Shown one piece after another: positions 12,234-23,649 of a stretch of 53,925 nucleotides of DNA. Made by a program: the position numbers and the translations under genes. This DNA is from Octopus bimaculoides. Taxonomy: Eukaryota. The first letter of the stretch is position 1; the number at the start of each line of letters is the position of its first letter. The notes below the pieces were generated by a model. That model saw only the letters and a list, made by a program, of their open reading frames with translations. It was not told where the DNA came from and did not search any database. Location of the stretch: the NCBI RefSeq assembly GCF_001194135.2, contig NC_068987.1, forward strand, positions 59,680,211-59,734,135, in the 5' to 3' direction.

Positions 12234-13450
12234 TTGGGTCATCCTATAAAGAATGAGTTTTTTAGACTTTTATTTTTCAAAATTAAGATAAACAAAGTTC
12301 TTTTCTAATCTAAAATATACTCTCTTTCATTTTCTACAATGCTCTTCAATCTATCTGGTAGACATACAAGGCCTGTATTGTTCTGACCTCGTCTAGAAAA
12401 TTCATATTTTTTCCGTCCAAATGATTTTGAAGACTGCGGAATAAATAATGATCAGATGCGGCAATGTCCGGAAAATATGGTAGGTGGAACATCGTTTCTC
12501 ATTGAAACTGTTCCAGCTTTTGGAATGTCATCCTCGCTGTATGTAGCCAAGCATTATCCTGATGGAAGAACACCTTTCGTCTTGAAACCTAATATGGTCG
12601 TTTTTCTTCTAGCGCTGATTCAAGCCGTTCAAGCTGCTTGCAGTAGATCTCCTTTGTTATCGTTTGGTTTGGGTTTAAAAGTTCAAAGAGGACTAAACTT
12701 TTCATATCTCACCAAACAGATAACAACACCTTACGTGAGTGAAAATCTTCTTTAGCCTGGGGGCCCGGTGTTCCTCCTTTCCCTACACACTGTCTTCGGC
12801 GCTTGACATTTTTATAGAGAACTCATTTCTCGTCAGCAGTCACTACTGGATTAAAAAAAAGCTTTATTAGTGAGACGTGACAGCATTCACTCTATGTGCG
12901 TGATTAGACTCAGAAAATTTGCGAGGAACCCATTGACTCAATTTGTTGACTTTTCCAATGGCACGCAGGTGTCGCTGTTAGCTGAATGACCAGATCCAAG
13001 CTTCTCTGCTAGTTCCTCAACAGTTACGATGGGATTTTGTTCCACCAGGGCTTGCAGGACGTCCTCGTCGAGCTCTACAGATCTTCCAGGACGAGGTTCG
13101 TCTTCTAAGCTGTAATTTCTGGCTCGGAATTTCTGCAACCACCATTGACATTGGCTTACGCTTATTGTCAGATCCCCATACACTGCATTAATACTCTTCG
13201 CACTTTCCGTCGTTGGCTTTATTGAACTCATAAAGCAAAATATGCCAAATATGGTCCTTTGTTACTTCCATTATAGTTTTGAAAAAAATGACTGTTAAAA
13301 TTGAACTGCACTCTTCAAAACTTGCACTAAGAATAAGTATAAATTACTACCTGCTTTTATAGCAAGTTGATGCAGGTAGTTTATCCCGCCCCGCTTCGTC
13401 TTTTAGTTCATGCAATTGAAAAAAACTGCATTATTTATGGGATGACCCAA
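12234..13450 (-). mobile_element. Full-length (about 1.2 kb) mariner (DD34D-type) element with a decayed transposase
   Basis: Left TIR ttgggtcatcctataaagaatgagttttt matches the reverse complement of the right end (ttgggtcatcccataaataatgcagttttt), with TA on both sides. ATG at 13271 on the minus strand. Motifs: SLEDEPRPGR, WVPR (12921-12932), HQDNA (12551-12564), YFPDIAASD (12451-12477, equivalent to YSPDLAPSD). Multiple stops and frameshifts. Confidence 0.93.
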
Positions 13451-13466
13451 TATATATGTATATATG

Positions 13467-13499
<33 letters not shown>

Positions 13500-13608
13500 G
13501 TGCGTGCATGTGCGTGTGTGAGCGCGTGCGCATGTGTAAATAAGAGTGAGGGAGAGAGTGATAGATAGGGAGAGAGAGAGAAAGAGATAGATAGATAGAT
13601 AGATAGAC

Positions 13609-13647
<39 letters not shown>

Positions 13648-13680
13648 GAGATAGATAGATAGAGAGAGAGAGAGAGAAAT
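13451..13680. repeat. compound (TA)/(TG)/(GATA)/(GA) microsatellite
   Basis: Directly visible. Confidence 0.95.
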
Positions 13681-14109
13681 TAATCATATATAGAACCAGA
13701 CTATTATGCATTAGTGATGTCTTTACCAGGATGTGGTTCATAATTGTCTGATAGTTTGTTCAGTAAGTCTTCCTCTGCACCCAATCCAAATGAGAAGATC
13801 AGCAATACTTAAGTGCTATTTTGGTCCAGAAAGGTGTCTAGATCAAATAAATGGTATATAATACTGTCTGATAAACATTCCATTTAAGACGTAAATAAGA
13901 GCTAAAACTTGAAAGAAATTGCATAAATGTAGATTTTTATTGGGTACTAAATAATCTTGCTGCAGCTGCGTTATATAATATCACAGAAATTGTGAATTTC
14001 TTATAATATAGTGATATAATTACGTAATGAGTAGACATTTAACAAGGTCTAATAAAGTAGAATAGCATCTGTGAATCATGCACAAATATATGACTATATA
14101 TATATATAT

Positions 14110-14583
14110 NNNNNNNNNNNNNNNNNNNNNNNNNNNNNNNNNNNNNNNNNNNNNNNNNNNNNNNNNNNNNNNNNNNNNNNNNNNNNNNNNNNNNNNNNNN
14201 NNNNNNNNNNNNNNNNNNNNNNNNNNNNNNNNNNNNNNNNNNNNNNNNNNNNNNNNNNNNNNNNNNNNNNNNNNNNNNNNNNNNNNNNNNNNNNNNNNNN
14301 NNNNNNNNNNNNNNNNNNNNNNNNNNNNNNNNNNNNNNNNNNNNNNNNNNNNNNNNNNNNNNNNNNNNNNNNNNNNNNNNNNNNNNNNNNNNNNNNNNNN
14401 NNNNNNNNNNNNNNNNNNNNNNNNNNNNNNNNNNNNNNNNNNNNNNNNNNNNNNNNNNNNNNNNNNNNNNNNNNNNNNNNNNNNNNNNNNNNNNNNNNNN
14501 NNNNNNNNNNNNNNNNNNNNNNNNNNNNNNNNNNNNNNNNNNNNNNNNNNNNNNNNNNNNNNNNNNNNNNNNNNNNNNNNNNN
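14110..14583. other. assembly gap
   Basis: N run. Confidence 0.99.
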
Positions 14584-14604
14584 CATACCGGCAGAGAGGT
14601 GCAA

Positions 14605-14752
14605 AAGTGGATGGTGGTAAGAAGCATGCTTACCAACCACATGGTTCCGGGTTCAGTCTCACTGCGTGGCACCTTGGGAAAGTGTATTCTACTATAGTCT
14701 CGGGCCGACCAAAGCCTTGTGAGTGGATTTGGAAACTGAAAGAAGCCCGTCG

Positions 14753-14784
<32 letters not shown>

Positions 14785-14985
14785 TGTGTGTCTGTGTTTG
14801 TCCCTCCCCCCATCGTTTGACAATCGATTTTGGTGTGTTTACGCCCCCGTAACTTAGCTGTTTCGGCAAAAGTGACCGATAGAATAAGTATTAGGCTTAC
14901 AAAGAATAAGTCGTGGGGTCGATTTGTTCGAGTAAAGGCAGTGCTTCAGCATGGTCGCAGTCAAATGACTGAAATAAATAAAATA
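14605..14985 (+). mobile_element. tRNA-derived SINE family B (CORE-like) with internal (TA)n/(TG)n tract
   Basis: Head ggtaagaagc...ccgggttcagtc (B-box-like), CORE-like caccttgggaaagtgtattct, internal microsatellite at 14752-14795, and 3' end ggtcgcagtcaaatgactgaaa. Homologous to 16001-16810, 37962-38291 and 52917-53070. Confidence 0.85.
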
Positions 14986-15104
14986 ATTAAAGAATATATA
15001 CATAATTAAAGAATATATACATATATACAATTAAGATTCAGTTGGATTAGATACTTAACTTGAGGCACCTTGCTAGGTCGATCTAATTTGCATACCCAAA
15101 CAAC

Positions 15105-15912
15105 ATCATGTGAATATCAAACTCTGAGCAGAAGTGTTCGCACTTAAGCTTTAAAATCATCTCCTTCGAAATAATGACTTTGCGCAGCAATACACCGGTC
15201 GTAGCGTTACTGCCACTATTGAAATCCGGACGGGAAGTCGTTTTTCCGTAAGCGAGTTGAGGATCTTCTGCGATTCTCTACAACAACGGTGTTAAAACGG
15301 TGACCTTCAAGGTCCCTTTTCATCTTGGGGAAGAGATGGAAGACCGCAGATACTAAATCTGGCGAATAGGGAGGGTGCGGAAGCGATACCATGTTGTATT
15401 TGATGAGATATTCACGAGTAAGGAGAGCTTGGTGACAGGGTGCATTGTCGTCGTGAAGAATCCAGTTCTTCGCACTCCACAGCCGGTCGCTTTCGCCGAA
15501 TGTCCTCCCTGAAACACTTCAAAATGTCGCAGTAGGACTGTCGGCCCTGGGGGAAGAATTCTTGATACACAATATTGCTGATGTTGAAAAAAAACAAAAA
15601 ACGATGTGCATGCTCTCAACTGGGCTGCGACTCTGTCATGCCTTCTTCGGTCGTGGAGATGAAGGGCTCTTCCATTGTGACGACTGCTGCTTCGCCTCAG
15701 GGTCGTACCCGTAGACACAATTCTCGTCACTGGTGATGATCCTCGATATAAGGGATGGGTCATCGGCGGCCCGGTGACGGAAATCTTGACAGATTTCGAC
15801 GCGATGTTCTTTCCGCTAAGTGGTAAGCTCAGTGGTCAGGCACATGTAAACATGTGCTGGCATTTCCTGGCGTGCTACAGAACTAGTCCGGGAACTTTTT
15901 GATACCACATCG
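15105..15912 (-). mobile_element. mariner (irritans-like) element with the N-terminal DNA-binding region deleted
   Basis: Minus-strand motifs IITSDENCVYGYDPEAKQQSSQWK (near 15670-15740), WILHDDNA (near 15441-15465), HPPYSPDL (near 15355-15377) and DRCIAAQSHYFEGD (near 15160-15200). The 5' terminus cgatgtggtatcaaaaagttcc sits next to TA at 15913-15914; a degenerate matching end is near 15105-15125. Confidence 0.85.
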
Positions 15913-16174
15913 TATATATTTTTATTTGTAAATATATATATATATATATAAATATGCACATATATACCCGCATATATATATGTATACATAATGTCTAATG
16001 TGGCTGTGTGGTAAGAAGCTTGCTTCCTAACCACATGATTCCGGGTTCAGTCCCACTGTGGAGCACCTTGGGCAAGTGTCTTCTAGTTTCGTGCCGACCA
16101 AAGTGGGTGGATTTGGTAGACGGAAACTGACAGAAGCTCGTAGTATATATGTATATATATATATATATATATGT

Positions 16175-16382
16175 ATCATCATCGTTTAACGTCCGCTTTC
16201 CATGCTAGCATGGGTTGGACGATTTGACTGAGGACTGGTGAAACCGGATGGCAACACCAGGCTCCAATCTGATTTGGCAGAGTTTCTACAGCTGGATGCC
16301 CTTCCTAACGCCAACCACTCAGAGAGTGTAGTGGGTGCTTTTACGTGTCACCCGCACGAAGGCCAGTCAAGCGGTACTGGCA
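16175..16382 (-). mobile_element. SINE or LINE-tail element ending in taaacgatgatgat (RTE-like 3' end), 5'-truncated
   Basis: Plus strand reads atcatcatcgtttaacgtccgctttccatgctagcatggg...ggatgcccttcctaacgccaacc. A (GAT)n-terminated 3' end is typical of RTE-partnered elements; the family name is not verified. Confidence 0.65.
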
Positions 16383-16391
16383 TATATATAT

Positions 16392-16699
16392 NNNNNNNNN
16401 NNNNNNNNNNNNNNNNNNNNNNNNNNNNNNNNNNNNNNNNNNNNNNNNNNNNNNNNNNNNNNNNNNNNNNNNNNNNNNNNNNNNNNNNNNNNNNNNNNNN
16501 NNNNNNNNNNNNNNNNNNNNNNNNNNNNNNNNNNNNNNNNNNNNNNNNNNNNNNNNNNNNNNNNNNNNNNNNNNNNNNNNNNNNNNNNNNNNNNNNNNNN
16601 NNNNNNNNNNNNNNNNNNNNNNNNNNNNNNNNNNNNNNNNNNNNNNNNNNNNNNNNNNNNNNNNNNNNNNNNNNNNNNNNNNNNNNNNNNNNNNNNNNN
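16392..16699. other. assembly gap
   Basis: N run. Confidence 0.99.
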
Positions 16700-16819
16700 G
16701 TTTACAAGGAATAAGTCCTGGGGGCGATTTCTTTGACTAAAAAAAAACATTGAAGGCGGTGCTCCAGCGTAGCCGCAGTCAGATGACTGAAACACGTAAA
16801 AAAATAAAAGGAAAAGTAT

Positions 16820-16872
16820 ATATATGTATATAAAGAGTGTGTGTGTGTGTGTGTGCGTGAGTGTGTGTGCGT

Positions 16873-16942
<70 letters not shown>

Positions 16943-16945
16943 AAG
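16820..16945. repeat. (TG)n-(GA)n microsatellite
   Basis: Directly visible. Confidence 0.95.
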
Positions 16946-17584
16946 GAAAGTAATAACAAATCGAAAATCTATTTAGAGATATCCAGGCCACTAAATGTAA
17001 ACACGTTGATATGCATATCAAAAGCATAAATCATATAAAAAATATTACAAAAATAACTGAAAGAATACCTACAGATTTTTTCATGATCATAATGGTGATA
17101 TACATCATAATGGTGCTGGTGTATATAATCAAAGAGTTGTAATAAATTTTATTTCAAGGGACATACTAAAAGTATGATAATTTAAACAAATTAAGAGGTA
17201 CATATTAAAATATATATTGAAATTGATACATATGCCAATTAAACATATGCATTTAATTTTGGTCAATATTTGTTAATAAATTACGTACATTGTTTTATTC
17301 GTTGTTATTCGTTGTTCAATCGCTACGCTGACAACGAAAAATAGTAAGAAGATTCGTAAGATGTGTTCTCATAACTATTAATATGTTGACTCAGGAATTT
17401 TTCCTCTGTATGGCTGCCCAATCAGCTGACGGTGCTGAGTCACTCGTCTAAGATGTGCTAAGTCAGTTTGGACAATATAGTGTTTTCGGCAACCTTTGCA
17501 TGCTAAAGTATGTATTAAATATTAAAATTAGCGCGGAAAATTATTCTAGATTATTGAAAATAGTCCTTCCTGTCACATATCCTT

Positions 17585-17975
17585 TCAACATTTTTTCCTT
17601 CCCTGACATATAAGACCTCCGCACACACCTGGATCGTCTATAGCGGTTGAGTCGTACCGTTGACGATCCAAACAATTATCTAAATAAAGCTGAACGGGCC
17701 CGTCCTTGAGGTAACAGACGATAATCTCTGCTTCCTCGTCAGCAGGAGGGACCGCGGCCTGCTCTGCCAGTGGCACAATTTCCACTGGCAGAGCCTCCCG
17801 CTCCGGTGGCTCACTACCCACCGGAGGGGCCTCGGATTCGATCGGCGGCACAATGGCGTCCGCCGTCCGTCTCCCGTTTCTTTTCTTTTTCCTTTTTTTC
17901 CTTTTATCGTCTGTGTGGGGTGGGGCTTCCACCGGCACACCCGGAGGGCCCTTCTCTTCACTCGCAGACTGCTCT
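17585..17975 (-). other. GC-rich open frame of unknown origin (Lys-rich patch, EAPPV-like repeats, Cys/Asp tail); possibly a retroelement ORF1 C-terminus
   Basis: Island of clearly higher GC than its flanks. ORF 17585..17938 stays open a little further upstream (to about 17986). No ATG start or clear splice sites. Confidence 0.35.
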
Positions 17976-19527
17976 TTACTGATGCTCTAATTCTTGTTGA
18001 CTGAGTTGAATATTCTTTTACGGAGAGATCTAATGAAACGGAAACATGGTTGTTACTTTCAAAAGTTAATTTTTTAAAAAGCAGATCTGCTTAAATCCCT
18101 ATTATCGTTATTCCTAAACCTTGCAATTAATCGACAGAAAGTAGCTTCAATAGACACTTCTTTTCGCACAGACGTTCATTTATTAATCAGGACAGGAAGA
18201 ACTCCTCGAGTTTATCTATTTGGAGGGGTACACGAAAACAACACCTTTAAAGTAATATAGTCTATTCTCCATTCCGTGACTACTTATATACATAGTAATG
18301 CTAAAACCGGCGTTTAATGTCAGCTTGATTTATCAAAGAAAGTCGCAATATCATTTCAAGTTGAATATAAACTGAACGATTATAACGAACTACTATGCAT
18401 TTGCTTACATAAAAGTGTTAACTCATGCATTACAAACCGCCAGAACCAAGTTAATTAGAGAACTTGGAATCAGGATAAAGCTTACATTGCCATTCTTCCA
18501 TCATTTAAGTACTTTTCTTTTCTTCTCTTTCCTCTTCACTCCTTCTCGTTACCGCTATAATGCCTTAACCTTCACTCTCTCTCTCGTCATCAATTGTCGA
18601 TTCATCTATACTGATGCATAATTCTTACCTGTCTTCAAATTGTCATTGTTTTTCTTCAGATGTCGACTGACTTTACTTTCCACATTTATATTTTTCAGAA
18701 AATCAAGCTTATTTAAAAAAAACTAAAAAAAAAAAAAAAAAAAAAAAACCAATTTTCACACACACACGAAAGTTACTATTTTAATGTTTTTATAATCATT
18801 ATATTTTCATACGATGATTAAGGAGACCTTGTAAGACTGAAAAACCGAAAACGAAATTATCTATTTATCTATTGTAACGTCACTATTTTGGAATCTTTCT
18901 ATCACCTTCGCTTTCTCCGTTATCTTCTTGCATTATCCGTTTCTCCAAGCTCTACGCCTCTTCATGCATATATTATGTGTGCACGTGCAAATATGAGTAT
19001 ATGCGCGCGGGTCAGGATGTGGGCGTGCATTTTTAAAACGAACTTTTCACGCGCACACACACTCACATACATTCACAAACGTAAATAAAAGCACGCACGC
19101 ACACACACACACGCACACACACATACACACGCACATACATATGCATATTATACTCTCACATTGATATAATTTTGGCATCGTCGATTCTTACATGACAAAT
19201 CCTGTAACTTAGACTAACTTTTTTTAACATCGTATCGTAGTCTTGGCAATTTTTCCGTTACCTCTGTTTCTATTATTCATTTTTGTAGACGTATACGCCC
19301 CTTTATTCATATGTACATGTGTCGGTGTGTGTATGTGGGTGTATATCCGTACGTGTTAGTGTTGTGTGTATGTGTGTGTGAGAGCGTGTGTATATGTGCG
19401 CATGAGCGTATGCATTTGTGTGCATATATCTTCAGTAATAACATTCCACCCACTACATTTCGATACATTTTCATATTCTAGCCCTAGCTTATAATTCTAA
19501 ACAGTAAATGTGCATTTGCAAGCCTCT

Positions 19528-19528
<1 letters not shown>

Positions 19529-19614
<86 letters not shown>

Positions 19615-19670
19615 CTGTCCCCCCCCTCTCTCTCTCTCTCTCCTCCTGTCTCCCCCTCTATCTATCTCTT

Positions 19671-19729
<59 letters not shown>

Positions 19730-19730
19730 C
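19529..19730. repeat. (CT)n-(TATC)n microsatellite
   Basis: Directly visible. Confidence 0.96.
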
Positions 19731-20114
19731 CCTCCCAAACACACCTCACCCCATAACCTTTTATTCTTTTCTATTTTACCTTTGATATTTATATTTCTTC
19801 ACTTCGTAATAACTACTTCTAATTTCTTTCTCTTTTTCCGTTTATAAACTATTTTTCTATTACTGTACTTTCCATAATTTCTGTATGGTTTTAATTATTC
19901 TTCTGCGTTCTATCAAAAGCTGTCTCATTGTTCTTGTTTTCTTCTATATTCAAAATAGCAGTTTTCTTTAGGTACTTTTAATTTCCTTTTCTAAAAATAG
20001 ACGTGAAACTTTAAGTAACAAAATGAGAAAAGTTGGTTTTAGTAAATATAAAACTCTATCTTCGATACCAAGTACTATTCTTTTCCTTGCTGATTAAGCT
20101 CACGTATTGACATA

Positions 20115-20129
20115 CATAATACACGCACG

Positions 20130-20161
<32 letters not shown>

Positions 20162-20258
20162 CACACACACACGCACACATACATACACATAGATGCACAC
20201 ATACACGTACATACATAATACATAATACATACATGCATATGTGTAAGTTGTATAAGTT

Positions 20259-20295
<37 letters not shown>

Positions 20296-20908
20296 TATAT
20301 ACATACATATATATATCTATCTATCTATATATATATATATATANNNNNNNNNNNNNNNNNNNNNNNNNNNNNNNNNNNNNNNNNNNNNNNNNNNNNNNNN
20401 NNNNNNNNNNNNNNNNNNNNNNNNNNNNNNNNNNNNNNNNNNNNNNNNNNNNNNNNNNNNNNNNNNNNNNNNNNNNNNNNNNNNNNNNNNNNNNNNNNNN
20501 NNNNNNNNNNNNNNNNNNNNNNNNNNNNNNNNNNNNNNNNNNNNNNNNNNNNNNNNNNNNNNNNNNNNNNNNNNNNNNNNNNNNNNNNNNNNNNNNNNNN
20601 NNNNNNNNNNNNNNNNNNNNNNNNNNNNNNNNNNNNNNNNNNNNNNNNNNNNNNNNNNNNNNNNNNNNNNNNNNNNNNNNNNNNNNNNNNNNNNNNNNNN
20701 NNNNNNNNNNNNNNNNNNNNNNNNNNNNNNNNNNNNNNNNNNNNNNNNNNNNNNNNNNNNNNNNNNNNNNNNNNNNNNNNNNNNNNNNNNNNNNNNNNNN
20801 NNNNNNNNNNNNNNNNNNNNNNNNNNNNNNNNNNNNNNNNNNNTCTATCTATCTATCTGTGTGTCTGTGTGTCTATCTTTCTGTCTGTCTCTGTCTGTCC
20901 CTGTCTGC

Positions 20909-20980
<72 letters not shown>

Positions 20981-20990
20981 ATTCACATAC
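20115..20990. repeat. compound microsatellite block spanning the gap at 20344-20843
   Basis: (CA)n and (TA)n before the gap; (TCTG)n and (TATC)n after it. Confidence 0.9.
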
Positions 20991-21399
20991 ATGCATGCAT
21001 ACAAGTATACGTGCATTTAATGACATAAAAGTGCAAGTAAAAAGAGATACTTAAAAATAAAATCAATATACCTATTGCAAGAAATACATAACACGATCAT
21101 ATTTTCCTAATTCAAGCGTCAATAGAAATGTATGGACACGTGATGTCTAAAGCAGCGGAACTGCAAAGAAAGTCGCATGTGATGTTTATTGAATCTATGC
21201 ACCCTGGTGCGGAAGCTAGCGATATACAAGATCAGTTGGAAAACTAAGAACTCGGGAAGACTATTCGAACCATTGACATAGATATTAAATATGAAATTTA
21301 TAAATATACCGCTTAAGGAATTATAGGAACAAATACTTGCAATTGTTATGAAACTATTTTGTCCAAAATGAATGGCAGAGAATCCAGTAAAAGTGAAAA

Positions 21400-21760
21400 G
21401 AAACCAGGTTCAAAGTAACAGTTTATTTTTATTTATTGTGTCATTTCAGTTTTACAGTACATACCTTTATTTTCCAGCGTATAAGTCGAAATTTTCAAAC
21501 CAAAATATATACCCCACAGAAGTAAGGTCGAGTTATACACCGAAAGGATTTTAGGGGACCAAAATTACCATACGAAATGTAGCCGGATTTGGTAAGATAG
21601 TGTTTGAATGTCTGAATGTTTGCACTACATGTTTACACAATATGCCGCATCGACTTGTATGCCGGAAAATACGGTGTATGTCATATTGATTAACTGAGTA
21701 TATGGAGAAATAGAGAAAGCAAGGGATGCGAGACCCATGTATTTTTAATGAATTTGATAT
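21400..21760 (+). mobile_element. possible very old LINE ORF1-like remnant
   Basis: Broken-frame peptides KITIRNV and PENTVYVILIN*...ARDARPMYF loosely echo the ORF1 at 45157-45607 (KVRVTNV; DGTHLSVIVEGRKPRCH). Weak. Confidence 0.25.
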
Positions 21761-22105
21761 TGGAAATGAGAGTTTTAGCTGCTTTGAGTCAATGAGATGA
21801 CAGAGTTCTTGGCAAAAGACGATATTTTCTATCTTATAGCCAGTTCATTTGCATATTGTTCTTAGCTTTACATAGTTATTGTAAAATGTTTAGTACACTG
21901 CTGGGAGTTGTGGCTGAAATGTATAATTTGTGAGTATTAAGTTAAAATCGTATAAAGCTCAACCTGAATAAAGTTTTGAATTCCTCGGTTGTATGTATAT
22001 GAAATAGTATTTATTCTAAGAGATGCTGAAGATCATCACCATTTCTAGAGTAATTTATTCAAAATTTAAAGAATTCAACTTATATCTATTTTACTTAATA
22101 CTGGT

Positions 22106-22127
22106 TAATAATAACGACGACGACGAC

Positions 22128-22167
<40 letters not shown>

Positions 22168-22176
22168 GTGATGATA
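22106..22176. repeat. (AAT)-(GAC)n-(GAT)n microsatellite
   Basis: Directly visible; source of the poly-Asp ORF. Confidence 0.95.
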
Positions 22177-22179
22177 ACT

Positions 22180-22440
22180 ATTATAAAATAACAACTATAG
22201 GATTACAGAAACACCTACTTCAGAAGCAAGGAAAACTGATACAAATAGCCACAAAACACGAGCAAAACAAAAAACTGCTTTCTGTCTTTAAGGAAACTGA
22301 AGAATATAAAAAAGAAATTGTAGCACCTGACAACTATGAAGAAAAATAAGAAACAACAAAAGCTGTGAAACACCTGAAATTCAAACTGAAACTGGATCAA
22401 CAGCGTATCATGATGAAACTCTTTTCTGAATTCATTTAGT
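22180..22440 (+). mobile_element. R4/Dong-clade LINE fragment (post-RT region)
   Basis: Translation KITTIGLQKHLLQKQGKLIQIATKHEQNKKLLSVFKETEEYKK...TTKAVKHLKFKLK resembles the segment between the RT and zinc finger of R4/Dong ORFs. Confidence 0.6.
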
Positions 22441-23089
22441 CTTAACACAGTTTAATAGTGATGTATGGAAGCTTGAAATCAATATGGTACCTATTTCTAT
22501 ATCATATTTCTTCATGCCAGGTTTCAAGATAGGAACTAACACAGAGCTTTGTCTGCAGCAGAACTTCAATGTTTAAAATATCGCTCATCAAACGTTCAAT
22601 ACTAAAAATATGACCGCATTTGATCTAAGACACGGTCGCTAGTTAATCACCAACACACTATATTCTGAAGCCGCTTGTCAATGAAGGAAGTTGATGATGA
22701 TATACTAAACATGTCAAATAAGAATAACAGCTACATTAGAGAGGATTCCGGGCAACGTGAAACAGTCATGTGTAACGTTACATCAGGTGAACTTAGAATA
22801 TTTAGGGTATTTATTGGTTACATTCCGTCTATCTGAAAGTTATTTAGGAGTAAAGTTTTCATACATTGCTACATTGGCAAAGACTTAGAGGAGGAGATAG
22901 AATGTAACGAAAATGAATTTAACAGGAACTTATTCTCTTGAGAAAATAGTTTCATCAAATCAAGAGACCTTATTCTTCGTTAAATTAAAGAAATAACCTT
23001 CTTTGGTTTTACACACTGTCCTATATTTCTAGAGAAGTAGAGTGAGAGGTAATTCTTGTCTTTTGGAAACTAAGACATTGACTTAGACT

Positions 23090-23185
23090 CGTCACCGAGG
23101 TCAACTTTGCCTTTCAATTTTTAGGGGGTAGATAAAATAAATATCAGCTGATGATGTAATCGTCTTTCCCCTCCCCTTAAATTGA
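23090..23185 (+). mobile_element. SINE family A central fragment
   Basis: caccgaggtcaactttgcctttca...gataaaataa. Confidence 0.65.
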
Positions 23186-23649
23186 AAAAAATATTTTTAC
23201 CATTTATTTTACAATAATCGGCAGCAGCTTTAGGTGACATTTCCTACTGACAAAACACAGTAGTCCTATGAGAGGAAAATAGAATTGGGGTATTGTGATA
23301 TTCATACTTCTTGTAAAGACTTTAGCATTATACATGAAGTGAAAATAATATTAACTTGGTTTGAAACCTGTTACAGTGTCGAATCGGCGGGAGCTTATAA
23401 CATGCACATGGCAGTGCCTGACTAGGAGTATTACACTAAGATTTAAGCCAACGAAAACGAAGCGTGGAGACAATTTAATCTGCATTTATTATTAAATGTT
23501 GCAAAATTGACAGGTAATTAAAATCTAATAGAACAGAGAAAAAAATGAATGAAAATAATTGAAAAATTTATCTCGAAAATGTGTGAGACAGGTCAAGTAA
23601 AGATTAAATATTGATCTATTTAATTCTTCATTTGTTGCAAAGAATACAG

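Larger units (their letters stand above)
16001..16810 (+). mobile_element. SINE family B copy interrupted by a nested SINE and a gap
   Basis: The 5' half (16001-16145) and 3' end (16700-16810, aataagtcctggggg...gccgcagtcagatgactgaaa) are colinear with 14605-14985. Confidence 0.8.

Noticed and set aside
11210-12256. Long ORFs containing X runs (also at 618, 14020-14813, 16238-16795 and 20107-21054)
   Set aside because: Artefacts of translating through N gaps and flanking microsatellites.
18960-19100. CpG-containing stretch as a possible promoter
   Set aside because: Mostly degenerate (CA/CG/TG) microsatellite; no supportable core promoter element or linked gene.
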